Source of the DNA: a virus
DNA length: 64,000 bases
Virus record (IMG/VR): IMGVR_UViG_3300025168_000047
Coordinates: 25,423-89,422 of that record
Strand: one strand, 5' to 3'
The notes below the pieces were generated by a model that worked only from the letters and a program-made list of their open reading frames with translations, was not told the origin of the DNA and ran no database searches. Positions 1 to 11,464 of this stretch are shown piece by piece; position 1 is the stretch's first letter; each line of letters begins with the position of its first letter. Made by a program: the position numbers and the translations under genes.

Positions 1-2
1 CC

Positions 3-3000
3 GCGTTTTACTTTGCAATAGAAAAGAGTCCGTATCAATCAATCTCAAAAGAGATGTTGAAATTGTTTGCAACAATCAAAGACTTCAACAACCTTATTGG
101 AGAACCAGTTAACAAATACAGACAGACTTATAAGAGAATGGAAAAGCTGAGAGCTTTATTCTTTAAGAAAGTTAGAAATACAATCGACGTCGAAAGATAT
201 GTTCAGTTTTATCGATGGATCGATTCTTCAATTAGCGATATGATACTACAGATGTTCCCAGCATCGGCGACACACTCAAGAGAGGTTCGAACAATTATCG
301 AAAGCCATGTTTTGGAAAGAAATAAGTATCAGCATAAGTATCCTCACGTTGGCCAGAAATACGGTACACAGGGTAATTCACTAGTTGAAGGTAGCATCGG
401 GACTCAATATAACAATCTAAGCGCCCAGCTTAATAACTTATTGACTTCAGATGTCACAACATCCCCAATTGCACCGTTAAACGAAGACGGCACTTTTAAT
501 GAAGACGAAAACCAAGGTTATTGGGAAAATTATAATGACGGTTATACAAATTTAGATGAAGAAACAAATACAGCAAGAAAAGACTTATCTAGATCACTAC
601 AAAAAGGATATGGCAACGAACACAACTTCAGCGGCGATTTCGGTCGTGCCGGCTCAAGAGGTCTTGTTGTTCTAAATCAAGGAAGCAACTCGGATACACC
701 AAGAGCCCAAGGTTTGATTACTGGTGGAGACGAGAACGCCGCCGAAGAAAATCATATTGAACTTGTTGCTGGTTCAATAGGTATTTTGGAAGAAGCAGCA
801 AAAAAAGTTAAAGAAGCCACTCCTTTAACAAAACTAAAGAAACATCCCGATGGAATATTAAAGGGAGCGACCGACAAGACTAACCAAAGTGCTGGTAAAG
901 GATACTTTGCTTCCATTGGTTCCGTATATGAAGATATCGATGGATTCAGGTTTACAAATATTCATCACGATGCTTGGACAGTTAGTTCGAGACTAGAAGG
1001 GTCTCTGCAATCTCCGTTCACCGCGAAACACGTTGGAGGGCAAGTACATAGAAGAACCGCTCTTAATACAGGCTCCTATGATAATTTGACCGAAGCTCGC
1101 TCCGGAGCAGTAACAGGTGACTTCCATGGAGCTTATGGACGTCCAGAAGCCTTCAGAATTTCATTGCCGGCTAGTGAGCTAGTTACCAAAGCTACCGCCA
1201 CTGCAGTAGATGCAATTGACACAACTGGCTATATAGCCGGCAGCGCGGACGCTTCGTTTACAATAGCGATCCCAACGTCTGCTGGTGGCCTAGGTGGCGA
1301 TGCTGTTACAATTTTACTTGATGAAGACAAAGACGACGTTACCACAGCAACGGCTGCAGCTAACACAATTACAATCGGGACTAAAGACGGTACCGATGCG
1401 TTAGTGGCATCATTTCTTATCAATGCTATTAATGGAGTAACCGCTGGTCGCTTTGTATATGCATCATCGGGGAATGGTCAAGCCGGCGACGACTTGGGTG
1501 TTACTGCGACACAAGGTTCAAGCGATACCCAAATTACGCTTACGATGGATACCATTGGCAGCCCGGGCAATGTTGTTGATGCTCTAGCTACCGCCTCTGG
1601 TGTTAATGTAGTTGACGTGACGGATTTCACCGGTGGGGCCGGCGCAGATATTAAAATATATGCACCAGATCGAGGACTTGACGGCACAAAGGATCTTCAG
1701 CTTCAAAAGTCAACGTTCCACAGAGGCCCCAGACGCCCTGTATCGACCAGAAACATTCTTACTATGACAGGCTCGGAAGATGGCAAAACAGTCGAACAGA
1801 GACTGTATAACGCCTCTCCAGTCGGTAACTATCAAAAGAATTACCAAGTAATTCAATTGTCTGGCCGCAGAGACAACTCAACTTGGTTTGCACAAAATGC
1901 GCAAGCACAGAAGTTCGACAATCAGAATACAGAAGCTTCACTTCAATTCTCACCAGAGGTGCCGGTACTTCACATTTCGGGATCCACCGAATCCATGGAA
2001 GACTTATATAAGGTTGACTTTGAACTTCTTGAGAGAACTCCAAATAAATCTGTTTTTGTTGAGAGATTCTCTGCTCCCGGTGGTTTTGAGGTTATGTCCA
2101 GAGGATACCTTGATCGCCGAGGTGAAGAAGTTAGTGCATACAACTCACTTAACTATAGAAATCTTTTTGGAAGATATAGCTCAGGCTCTATGCGCGGAGA
2201 TGATAACTCGCCTACTAACACTTTTTCGAATAGAACTCGCTTCTCAGGAACCGTTAGTATCGAGGGTGGCACAAAGCATGACGGCTTATATGCACTGTTG
2301 TATCGACGTGCTGGTAAGTTTGGACAAGATTCGGTTTATGGCTCAATGCCAGACGATGGCACCCGCGCTGGTCTGTTGGGAACACCCGCAACAGCTTCTT
2401 ATCACAAAACTCACGCTAACGTAGGAAGAAGAATTGGTTTTGTAACAACATCTTCATATCATACACACAGAGGTGCAGGAGCAAGAGCTAGCAACTTCCA
2501 TACTTCAAGTCATTATGATAATTTCTTTGTGACTCACGCGATTCCAAGAAGCGATCTACAATATTCTTGGATTACGGCAAGTGCGGTTGTAGATCAAGCT
2601 GGTCTCAACGGCGCAGCCTCAACGAGAACTAGGGTCAAACAAGGATCTGATTTCTTGAGTCTCTCTCCTACTGTGGCCGGTTATGAAGGTAGATTATCTA
2701 GCTCTATTGGTTTTCAACCCCCGATTACATTCTTAAGTCAAAGCGAATTGTTCACCGCCCAGCCGGCGGGATTTAACCGTCGAATCTCTGCTTGGATCAA
2801 TCCTAATGCAGGCGATCACGCATCCGGCGAAAACGTTCCGGAAGATATTCAAGCTCAACCTTTCATACCTTTAAACTATGCCCTTTACGAACCAGTGACT
2901 GCTTCTGTTGCGAATGTTGATGTAACCTCTAGTCTTAATACTCTTGGGTTTGTAAGGCAATATAATCCAGAACAGTGGGTAACAACAGCAATAACCGATT

Positions 3001-6000
3001 ACCGCCATCCGCTTAAATCTGCAACTGCTGGACAAGCAATAGAAGGGGGCACAAATTATCTGAATCAAAATATTATATTCGCTGCTTTAGGTAGTTTCGC
3101 CACTGGAGACGTAAGTCAGAAAGCAAATGCCATGACACTGAATCCTCTCCTGCTCCGCCGCAACGGCCCATACCAACATCCAACTTGGAAACAGATTAGA
3201 ACAGGTGAACATCCCGTTGCAAGGCAGCTTAGAAGAGACAATCAGTTATCTATTCTTCACCAAATTCCAGTTCAAAGAGAAAGTGACCTACATCAATCAG
3301 ATGCATCTTCTACGTCGAGAGTTGTCTCAAATTATAGAAATCCATTTGCGATTATGCGAACTTCGCCCTCTCACCCACCCGGAACCAAATTCGATGTCTC
3401 TGCTCCGATTGGACCAATAACTTTAGGTATTGGAGGTCTTTCGGCTGAAAAACAATCCGAGCGAGAATATGCAACACAGCTTTATAAGAATGAGATCAGA
3501 AATTATCTTATGTCTCCGTTGACATCCAAGTATTCTCCTATTATACAAACTGTTGCGGATGATGAAGGAAATGAGATTACCCTTAAACACGCTTATGGAA
3601 ACAACATTGAATATATGCCTCTCGACAAACTAGACGCTATATTGAATACAAAAGAGAACACACCACAACAATTGCACGACACTTTAGTAGATCAGATTGT
3701 GGATGACAATTCATTAGAATTTAAAGAACTTGTTTACAAAGAAACTGTCTTCCCTAGAGAGCAGAATCAATACTTGGCACGAACAAGAGGTCGTGTTGAT
3801 TATAGTCTGACAAGGCACGATTTGAGAAACACTCGTCATGGGCAACAAAGAACATTTTGGCGTAATTCCATGGAAGACCGAATTTTAACAAGAGTGGAGC
3901 AACCTCTTACCGGCTCCGGACATAACACGTCTGGTTCTGGAGACTTCTGCCTTAATTCAATGGGATTCCAACAATTTCACAATGTTGGTACAGCTAGCGC
4001 AGAAACTATTGAATCCCTTAATATTGAAGCAGTATATAGCTCTGCGTGGTTTAACATTGTTCCAGCGAATAGCGTATGGCCCCTAGACGGATATCAAGTA
4101 TCAGGTTCGAGGCACATCAGCAAAAGAATCAGAAACTTTAATGCTAATGGCTTCCCGTCGCAGACTCACCCAACTGGTTCGATGGTTAATGGAGAACTTA
4201 TGAATCCGACAGGCTATACATCGATGATGGCTTCTCTTGCGGGCTTTAATCCGATTGGTAAAGGGACCATTCGACAAGGTGAAAGGACCGGCGCATCCGT
4301 GGAGATCCCACATTGGTACGCCCCTTGCACAGCATCACAAATTTTTGTATATCCTCAAAATTGCCCAATATTTGGATATGGGGCACGCACGCAACCTGCC
4401 GGCATGCAACCAGAAAACGGCGGTTCAGAAACTATTGTATTAAACCGTCATGGTCACTATTTTTATACACATGACTTCTGGAAGACAGCTAGACTTTCCG
4501 GAAAGAACCCTTGGTTTGATTCTTATTCCGACTACGCAGAAGATATTAGACCTATGGCACAAGGTTACTCAGTTGTTCCAGAATTTAGAATTTCAGAGCA
4601 TATGGACCATTATGTTTCAAATAAATTCTCATTCAACAACAGATTCTTAACTCTTGAAGGGGCATCGATTGAATCAGGTAGTGCAGACACTCCAACAGAT
4701 GCATACAATCAAGATTTCTTTGAAGTTTATTCACATTCAGACTTTATGAAACACTTTGGTCAAATCAGAGATGATTACAAAGATGTAGCTGACCCAACCG
4801 AAATGACACTTCGTTGCAGCGGAATCAAAAAACTTCTTCCATATCAGGGATTCTATCCTGTTTTAAGATGTACTCAATTAGGAACATTGTTTTCTTCTTC
4901 TTACGCTCCGTTTATCAGCGGATCAAATACAAGCCATGTGACAGCATCGGTACAAACAGATGCTTATAAAGCCGTCGCCGGCAACCCAAATATCTGGAGC
5001 ACTTTACAATCAGCTTCCGCTCCAGTTAAGAGTGATGCAGCGATTAGAACAATGGCTCTGTTACAGCCATTCTATGCACCCGGAATCATGTACAACACAA
5101 TCAAAGCCGGCTGCGCAGTTGATTATCCGATTGTAACGGGCTCGCTTCCTAGCACAACGACCTTGAGCGCTTATGATTTTAAAAATTTCTTATCCGGAGG
5201 AACAGTTAGTAATAGCAAAAAGAATCCAGAGTTATTTAACTTTAGAATGCCGTTTGAAGCGATCATTGAACCGCACACCTATATTCCCGTTTCCTCTTCG
5301 ATTGCAGATGGCGACACAAATTTAGGAAAAAACAGAATATCTTTTATTAATATGTTCTCCGCTTCCAACGAGACTCACAATCTTTACTTCGATTGGAAAG
5401 GGGATTATGATAATAAATATTCAATGGCTGCAAATAACTTCTTTGGAGAGATTCCAAGATTCTTCCTAAAAGAAGGAAATTTAAGAACCTTTACATCAAA
5501 ACCAGAAAATCAATTTAAACCAATGAAGTCGGGTTCAGTTTACTACATGGATGTCGATATGTATATGACTCCAGATATGGTACAGAGTGAAGGCCCCTCG
5601 CACATCCAACAAATGCCCGGATCACCCGCTTTAACTGCTACAAAGATGAACTTCTTCTCAGCTTCCGCTGGTTATAATCGATTAGAGAGAACATCTAGAG
5701 TCCACGTTGACTACAGAGGTGGATTGTATGGACCTCCCTGCCAGTGGTCACTTACTGGAGCGTCCACCACAGATGATCTCAATAGACAGGTTGCAGATCC
5801 AGCTTTCGCGCCATTTACTCCTCCATATTTTTACGGTCGCTCGACAGCGAGAATCAGGTTCAGTCCACATGAAGCCGTAGCACTCCTTGAAAACGAATCT
5901 CACACGTTTACACTAGATGACATTTTAGCACAAGCCAGAATTGAAACAGTATATACAGGTTCAAATCCATCGCTTCACTCTTCTTCTCATGTTGCAGGAG

Positions 6001-7448
6001 AAAACTACATAAAAACACCCGCCGTGTTATCTCAAATGAGAGTTTCATCTTCCTTAGCTCTCTTTGGCAAAGCCAGAGGTAAAGAGATTGAGTATAACGT
6101 TGAGCAGTTAGCCGGCCAAGATAAATTTAAAGCTAGAGCAGCAAAGGACACATCCGACTCCGGTCTGGATCGTTGGGTTATTTCAACAAAATTCGAATGC
6201 CCTATATTGAATTTCTCTGGAAATATGAAAGGGCTGGAGAAAGTCTACGATGAAGACAGTACTGAATTTGCAGAATTCGGTGCCACGCCCGAAGGGTTAA
6301 CTCCTAGAAGGTTGACTGTTGGTGATACATTTATGATGTATTTACCAAACAAACCCACAAATCACGAGACACATACATATCCAGCTAGCACAGGATCGAA
6401 CGGTACATTAGGATCGACAGTGACTCTTTTTGATAAAGGTGGCTTCTCTACAGGTTCGGTAATCCTAGCAATGTCTCAGTCAATACCAACACGCGGTATG
6501 TGGAGTGGATATGGTTCGGTGCCATCCGGGTCAACAGGAATATTCCTACGCCTTCGCGAATCCTTCCCAGAAGAGACATATAGTTCTGCCGGGGCTTACT
6601 CTTCGACAGGCTCTTTGATTGATACTTGTGGCTTCCAAGCAGGTAACGAGAGAATGGGTGAGTTAGCTAGCGATGGAGAGAAGGTTATCTCAGAGGCAAT
6701 CGTGGCTATTCCGTTTATTTTGAACAATGGCAAAAGAGATTTCTTCCCAGTTCGCAGAGAACATATCGACTTGCTTACCGGCAAGAGAGATAGTCTCCCG
6801 CCGAAAACACCTGAACCCGGATCTTCAATTATACAAATGGTTGATGCTATGCAGAAGTTTGTTATGCCTCCGCATCTCGACTTCCTTAAGAATCAAAAAA
6901 TAACACCATTTGTTACATATATATTCGAGTTTAACCATTCTCTTAAACAAGATGAGCTTCGTGACATTTGGCAGAACGTTATGCCTGAGATCGCACTTAA
7001 GGCAGAAAAACAAGACGTTTCATTCTCGCACGATCTGGGCGAGGGAGAGTTCTTCGATGGAAACGAAATACCAGCAGAAACTCAATGGATGGTCTTTAAA
7101 ATTAAACAAAGAGCAGAGATGAGCTACTATGCAGTAACTGCAGATTCAACAGACGACAGTCGTTTCGCATTCCAGTTTAAAGCTGGAGGTGAAAAAAAGG
7201 TTCCAGAATATAGTTATAACTGGCCTTACGACTACTTCTCATTAGTTGAGTTAGCGAAGATCGACACTGAGGTCACATTTAAACCAAAGGCAGAGCCAAT
7301 TGTGAAGACTGGAATGAAAGAAGACACGCCTTCGAGCACCCCCATAACGGAGCGACCAACGCCCGTTCCTTCGTCTCCATCAGTTCCTCCAGTTCTTGGA
7401 GGCCCAAACATGGGCACCACTAGCAACAATGATGGAGGCCAATATTAA
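3..7448 (+). CDS. Very large virion structural protein (baseplate/tail-associated), 5'-partial
   Basis: Frame is open from base 3 (AFYFAIEKSPYQSISKEM...), so the true start is probably upstream of the window; over 2460 aa; lies among structural genes; rich in S/T-G-S; ends in a Pro-rich tail plus DGGQY. Confidence 0.6.
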   Translation, partial: AFYFAIEKSPYQSISKEMLKLFATIKDFNNLIGEPVNKYRQTYKRMEKLRALFFKKVRNTIDVERYVQFYRWIDSSISDMILQMFPASATHSREVRTIIESHVLERNKYQHKYPHVGQKYGTQGNSLVEGSIGTQYNNLSAQLNNLLTSDVTTSPIAPLNEDGTFNEDENQGYWENYNDGYTNLDEETNTARKDLSRSLQKGYGNEHNFSGDFGRAGSRGLVVLNQGSNSDTPRAQGLITGGDENAAEENHIELVAGSIGILEEAAKKVKEATPLTKLKKHPDGILKGATDKTNQSAGKGYFASIGSVYEDIDGFRFTNIHHDAWTVSSRLEGSLQSPFTAKHVGGQVHRRTALNTGSYDNLTEARSGAVTGDFHGAYGRPEAFRISLPASELVTKATATAVDAIDTTGYIAGSADASFTIAIPTSAGGLGGDAVTILLDEDKDDVTTATAAANTITIGTKDGTDALVASFLINAINGVTAGRFVYASSGNGQAGDDLGVTATQGSSDTQITLTMDTIGSPGNVVDALATASGVNVVDVTDFTGGAGADIKIYAPDRGLDGTKDLQLQKSTFHRGPRRPVSTRNILTMTGSEDGKTVEQRLYNASPVGNYQKNYQVIQLSGRRDNSTWFAQNAQAQKFDNQNTEASLQFSPEVPVLHISGSTESMEDLYKVDFELLERTPNKSVFVERFSAPGGFEVMSRGYLDRRGEEVSAYNSLNYRNLFGRYSSGSMRGDDNSPTNTFSNRTRFSGTVSIEGGTKHDGLYALLYRRAGKFGQDSVYGSMPDDGTRAGLLGTPATASYHKTHANVGRRIGFVTTSSYHTHRGAGARASNFHTSSHYDNFFVTHAIPRSDLQYSWITASAVVDQAGLNGAASTRTRVKQGSDFLSLSPTVAGYEGRLSSSIGFQPPITFLSQSELFTAQPAGFNRRISAWINPNAGDHASGENVPEDIQAQPFIPLNYALYEPVTASVANVDVTSSLNTLGFVRQYNPEQWVTTAITDYRHPLKSATAGQAIEGGTNYLNQNIIFAALGSFATGDVSQKANAMTLNPLLLRRNGPYQHPTWKQIRTGEHPVARQLRRDNQLSILHQIPVQRESDLHQSDASSTSRVVSNYRNPFAIMRTSPSHPPGTKFDVSAPIGPITLGIGGLSAEKQSEREYATQLYKNEIRNYLMSPLTSKYSPIIQTVADDEGNEITLKHAYGNNIEYMPLDKLDAILNTKENTPQQLHDTLVDQIVDDNSLEFKELVYKETVFPREQNQYLARTRGRVDYSLTRHDLRNTRHGQQRTFWRNSMEDRILTRVEQPLTGSGHNTSGSGDFCLNSMGFQQFHNVGTASAETIESLNIEAVYSSAWFNIVPANSVWPLDGYQVSGSRHISKRIRNFNANGFPSQTHPTGSMVNGELMNPTGYTSMMASLAGFNPIGKGTIRQGERTGASVEIPHWYAPCTASQIFVYPQNCPIFGYGARTQPAGMQPENGGSETIVLNRHGHYFYTHDFWKTARLSGKNPWFDSYSDYAEDIRPMAQGYSVVPEFRISEHMDHYVSNKFSFNNRFLTLEGASIESGSADTPTDAYNQDFFEVYSHSDFMKHFGQIRDDYKDVADPTEMTLRCSGIKKLLPYQGFYPVLRCTQLGTLFSSSYAPFISGSNTSHVTASVQTDAYKAVAGNPNIWSTLQSASAPVKSDAAIRTMALLQPFYAPGIMYNTIKAGCAVDYPIVTGSLPSTTTLSAYDFKNFLSGGTVSNSKKNPELFNFRMPFEAIIEPHTYIPVSSSIADGDTNLGKNRISFINMFSASNETHNLYFDWKGDYDNKYSMAANNFFGEIPRFFLKEGNLRTFTSKPENQFKPMKSGSVYYMDVDMYMTPDMVQSEGPSHIQQMPGSPALTATKMNFFSASAGYNRLERTSRVHVDYRGGLYGPPCQWSLTGASTTDDLNRQVADPAFAPFTPPYFYGRSTARIRFSPHEAVALLENESHTFTLDDILAQARIETVYTGSNPSLHSSSHVAGENYIKTPAVLSQMRVSSSLALFGKARGKEIEYNVEQLAGQDKFKARAAKDTSDSGLDRWVISTKFECPILNFSGNMKGLEKVYDEDSTEFAEFGATPEGLTPRRLTVGDTFMMYLPNKPTNHETHTYPASTGSNGTLGSTVTLFDKGGFSTGSVILAMSQSIPTRGMWSGYGSVPSGSTGIFLRLRESFPEETYSSAGAYSSTGSLIDTCGFQAGNERMGELASDGEKVISEAIVAIPFILNNGKRDFFPVRREHIDLLTGKRDSLPPKTPEPGSSIIQMVDAMQKFVMPPHLDFLKNQKITPFVTYIFEFNHSLKQDELRDIWQNVMPEIALKAEKQDVSFSHDLGEGEFFDGNEIPAETQWMVFKIKQRAEMSYYAVTADSTDDSRFAFQFKAGGEKKVPEYSYNWPYDYFSLVELAKIDTEVTFKPKAEPIVKTGMKEDTPSSTPITERPTPVPSSPSVPPVLGGPNMGTTSNNDGGQY

Positions 7449-8437
7449 TGAGGTTCTTCGACTCAAAAGAAGAGGTCTTGGATATCCAACTTACTCAACA
7501 CGGTAAAAAACTTTTATCTGAGGGAGCCCTGAAACCTGCTTTCTATGCTTTCTTTGATAACGACATCATCTATGATGGGTCTTACTCTGACCGAGAGGAG
7601 GTTCAAAACACAATTGATGGCAGAATTAGAAATGAAACACCTAGGCTTAAAGCACAATATATTTTTAGAGGAACAGATACAACCTCCACTTTAGATAGAA
7701 ATCTGCAAATAAGCCCCGAAAAACATTATAGCTTGGGCCTTCCTTTAGGTAATTCCAGTTTAGGATCAGATAAAGCACCAGCATGGGACGTCAACTTCCT
7801 GTATAACGAATTAACTTCATCAATCGATCATCTTTCAGGTTCAGGACTGTCTTACGTCAGAATACCTCAGCTAGAAACAGAAGTAGACTTTGAAATCTAT
7901 GTGACGCAGAGAAAAGAAGACGGTTCGGTGACAACCAATTATATTCCAGATAGGTTGGTAGATGTTGCGTTTAATATGTTTGAAGATACACCCGGGGTAC
8001 ACGGACCAGTGGACGACGAAGAAGAATATCTTTTAGCAAAAGACGGAACAATGATCCAAATAAAGCCCGACTTTGTATTATTAGAAGTTGAAGAAGATAA
8101 CACAGATACTATGACAGACAACTTTGAAATAGAAGTTTTTGAAATAGAGAATGTCGTTGATGAAAACGGCAACCAACAAAAGATTGAAAAACCTTTAGAG
8201 TTCTTTAACCAATCTATAGATCAAGAGATAGGCCCTCAGCATGTTGAATATTATTTTAATATAGAATCTGATTTAGAAGTCCCACAAGAGTTCTTCTGTG
8301 CATCGACGGTCGTTAAAGAAAGAAACAGATCTAGACTGGTTGATGATACTCTACCCTATCCATTGAATTGTCCTGAATATAAAGACGGAAAGAACCTTTA
8401 TATAGATAACGTTACAAAGACAGAGGAGCCTTGTTAA
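7448..8437 (+). CDS. Putative baseplate/tail structural protein
   Basis: TAATG-coupled to the upstream gene with GGAGG RBS; N-terminus (FFDSKEEVLDIQLTQHGKKLLSEG...FFDNDIIY) resembles the N-terminus of 15456..16442. Confidence 0.5.
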   Translation: MRFFDSKEEVLDIQLTQHGKKLLSEGALKPAFYAFFDNDIIYDGSYSDREEVQNTIDGRIRNETPRLKAQYIFRGTDTTSTLDRNLQISPEKHYSLGLPLGNSSLGSDKAPAWDVNFLYNELTSSIDHLSGSGLSYVRIPQLETEVDFEIYVTQRKEDGSVTTNYIPDRLVDVAFNMFEDTPGVHGPVDDEEEYLLAKDGTMIQIKPDFVLLEVEEDNTDTMTDNFEIEVFEIENVVDENGNQQKIEKPLEFFNQSIDQEIGPQHVEYYFNIESDLEVPQEFFCASTVVKERNRSRLVDDTLPYPLNCPEYKDGKNLYIDNVTKTEEPC

Positions 8438-11400
8438 TGAGTAATGCAGTACCACACGTATATGTGAAGCGAATTGTAGTCGAATCGTTAACTCGAAGTG
8501 CCTTGGACAACAGTTCTGAGCTTACTTTTGATTTGAACTTCTGTTTAAAGTTCCCATCAACTGCCAATCCTCTTGTAGCCGATGGCTTCTTCTCTCAACA
8601 TGAGTTGATAAATATTTTTAAAGTGCTAGTTTTGGAAATCACCGATGCTGGCAACGACAATTTTCTTAAAGGTCTGGACCCTCAAAAGGCAGCAATGAAA
8701 GCTTGGGAGTTCAAAGACACTGATTTCTTTAATTCATCTAGAGTTTTTACTGTTATAAACCCTAGGATTGCTTATGATAGCGATGCCAACACTTATGAAG
8801 TAATATTTGAGACAGAAGAGAAGTTTAAAGTACAATCATCTAACCCACATTTGAGTTATATGTTTATACCTTATTTTGAATCGTGCCCAAAGCCAATTTT
8901 TGGAACTCCAACAGTGGAAAGAGTATTAGATCGCGGCAGAATTGTTGAAACAGCCTTCAAATTCTCTACAGCAGCCGGCAAAACATACTCCGGACCAGTG
9001 CACAAACACGGAAAAAAGTGGATGGCAGGCCCAAAACACACTTCTGCACCTCACGCAACCTTGATAGCTAAGGAAGTTCTTAACACCACAATCCAAGATT
9101 TAAGGATTTTAAACAGTCTGAACGGTATTTCGCTTGATACTTCTTATGAAAAAGCTGACAAAACAGCTTATTTTAGCGATCTTCACCTATCAACAGCCAC
9201 AACTGGCGAGGCAAGATACCTTTTTAGCATCGATTTCGACAAAATGGTTAAACATGCAGGTAAATACCCATGGCTACAGAAGCACGGTGCACTAACATCA
9301 AAGGCAAAAATCGATTCAATTCAGGTTTTGAGAAGAAGAAAGCCAAAACAAAAGGCAGAAACTAAGTTTGGAGCACCAAAATCAGCCCAAGATCAAGTTT
9401 ATGCGTTCGATGAGAACAACTCTCAGTACGAAACAATCGCAGTATCCGCAGATACTTCCCCAAACAATCTAGCTAAAGGGTCATATGTCATTGAAACACA
9501 CGAAGGTGAACCACAAGAGATAGGAAATATTAGAGAAATTGCTTTAAATTCCACAATTTCTGGCATAAGAACGTTTTCAGGAGTCGACTTCTCTATTTTA
9601 GAGGCTACATCCGGAAAATATGAGTATGGTGTCAAAATCGGAGTATCTGATCCAAGCACTGACCATTTACAAGAGAAAGTTACCTCGTTAAATAATGCAA
9701 TTGCAGTATTGGAAGACTATTATGCAGAGGCTATCGGACACTTTGGAAAAGAAGTAAGTCAGAATTTCAACTATTTGACAGGAAGATTTAGCCAATCGTT
9801 TATTCAAGACACCGATTCCCAAGCAATTCAGACAGCAATTCAAAATTATTTGCAAGTACTCACATCGATGGTAGACTTGGATATAAATGTTCAAACATAT
9901 GGGCTAAAAATATATTCTATAATCAGTCCTATGACGGGTACCCCTGAGAATATTCAAAGAGCGTTGGCACCTATGAAGATTTTTCAAACGAAACTTCAAA
10001 ACTTGTTCGACGACCAGACTAAATCTGCTCAAAAAGGCGGCGAAGCTGGAACTAAAAACAGAAACACCGCAAAAGTCGGCACATCAACTTATGTTAGATG
10101 GTTCGACGAGGAGTATGACGCTTCAACTAGAGAAATAGGGTATGAATTTTATCAGCCAACCTCTAGAGAACTAACAGGGCCGGCAATTGTTAAATGGGCA
10201 GACTTTGAAAACACTGCTATAGCCCAAACATTATCTTTGTTTAAGAAGAGTGCACCATTTAAAATCACAAATGAGTTAAATCTAAATCCAGAATCTGCAC
10301 AATATTCTTATTTAAAACCCCAAACTGTGTACTTAGGAGCTTCTAATCGTATTGAATTAGCTCCCGATCTGCCCTCTAGTACACATAATTACATTTATAC
10401 GTCTATCCTTAAATCCAACAAGGGCTTGGATCTCCCCGGCGATTCATCAGAATATAATTCAAATAAGAAAAGCAAGTTTTCACCAAATAAAGAAAAATTA
10501 AGAAACTCACTTATACAGTTGTACGCGAAACAGGGCGTGACAGTTGAGTTGGACGGATTCAAAACCAAAAATGAAAAAGATTTAGAAAAAATGTTAATGG
10601 CCGGCGTTGTTGATGAACGACCTGCAAAATCCAACGGAAAGGTCAAATTAAAAGATAAGAACAAAGAAACCAAACAAAAATTATCAGAGACTAAAAGTTT
10701 GGAAAACGATAATACTAATCCAAATAACATTTTAATTAATTTGGTTCAAAATCAAGATTCCAAACCAGAACAGAAAAAAATTGATGTTTCCAAATACATG
10801 TTGCAGAATTCAAAATTAAAAATCACCCAAGATGCTTTTAATAGCTTACCAAATCAAATTAAAGCTTTGTTAACATATTATACTTCAGATTTTAAAAACT
10901 TTGAAAAAAGATCCTCTACCACTTTGGACTCTTTCTCGGTACTTGATAGCAACCCGAATAAACATGTGGGACTTATGTATCACAGTTTCTTTCATATTAT
11001 GGAGGTTCAGGTTTTAAAAGGGTATGAAAATAGTCTTAATACTCCAATATTTGAAACACTAACTAAAAACAACTTAGTTTCAGGCAAAATGCTTTGCCGA
11101 ATTCAACCTTCTACAAAGTTCAGAGAGCTTGTACCAAGTTATGATTTAAACTTTCCTGTGATTAATGATATATTCATTTTGGACGCAACTGGAGTTTCAA
11201 TGCCTGAGCAAGTTACAGAGAGACCGATTAGCAACAAACAAAATGAAGAAGTAGCTAGCCAAAGCACGTCTTCCAGAGCTAGCTTTGACTTAGAATTAAA
11301 TGCACCGGCAGATGTCGCAACAGGCTATGAATACGCCGAGTCTAAAATTTCAAATACTAAGAAGAAAGTTCCAAGCTTCGACAAGGTTCAATTTGATAAT

Positions 11401-11463
11401 CCGGTAAATACTGGCCCAATGCCACAAACCGGCGGCCCGGGCACGCTCGGAGGAGGATACTAA
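8437..11463 (+). CDS. Large hypothetical (probably virion) protein
   Basis: ATG at 8437 (TAATG overlap, GAGGAG 8 nt upstream) preferred to TTG 8431; His motif YSGPVHKH...MAGPKH; ends LGGGY. Confidence 0.5.
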   Translation: MSNAVPHVYVKRIVVESLTRSALDNSSELTFDLNFCLKFPSTANPLVADGFFSQHELINIFKVLVLEITDAGNDNFLKGLDPQKAAMKAWEFKDTDFFNSSRVFTVINPRIAYDSDANTYEVIFETEEKFKVQSSNPHLSYMFIPYFESCPKPIFGTPTVERVLDRGRIVETAFKFSTAAGKTYSGPVHKHGKKWMAGPKHTSAPHATLIAKEVLNTTIQDLRILNSLNGISLDTSYEKADKTAYFSDLHLSTATTGEARYLFSIDFDKMVKHAGKYPWLQKHGALTSKAKIDSIQVLRRRKPKQKAETKFGAPKSAQDQVYAFDENNSQYETIAVSADTSPNNLAKGSYVIETHEGEPQEIGNIREIALNSTISGIRTFSGVDFSILEATSGKYEYGVKIGVSDPSTDHLQEKVTSLNNAIAVLEDYYAEAIGHFGKEVSQNFNYLTGRFSQSFIQDTDSQAIQTAIQNYLQVLTSMVDLDINVQTYGLKIYSIISPMTGTPENIQRALAPMKIFQTKLQNLFDDQTKSAQKGGEAGTKNRNTAKVGTSTYVRWFDEEYDASTREIGYEFYQPTSRELTGPAIVKWADFENTAIAQTLSLFKKSAPFKITNELNLNPESAQYSYLKPQTVYLGASNRIELAPDLPSSTHNYIYTSILKSNKGLDLPGDSSEYNSNKKSKFSPNKEKLRNSLIQLYAKQGVTVELDGFKTKNEKDLEKMLMAGVVDERPAKSNGKVKLKDKNKETKQKLSETKSLENDNTNPNNILINLVQNQDSKPEQKKIDVSKYMLQNSKLKITQDAFNSLPNQIKALLTYYTSDFKNFEKRSSTTLDSFSVLDSNPNKHVGLMYHSFFHIMEVQVLKGYENSLNTPIFETLTKNNLVSGKMLCRIQPSTKFRELVPSYDLNFPVINDIFILDATGVSMPEQVTERPISNKQNEEVASQSTSSRASFDLELNAPADVATGYEYAESKISNTKKKVPSFDKVQFDNPVNTGPMPQTGGPGTLGGGY

Positions 11464-11464
11464 A

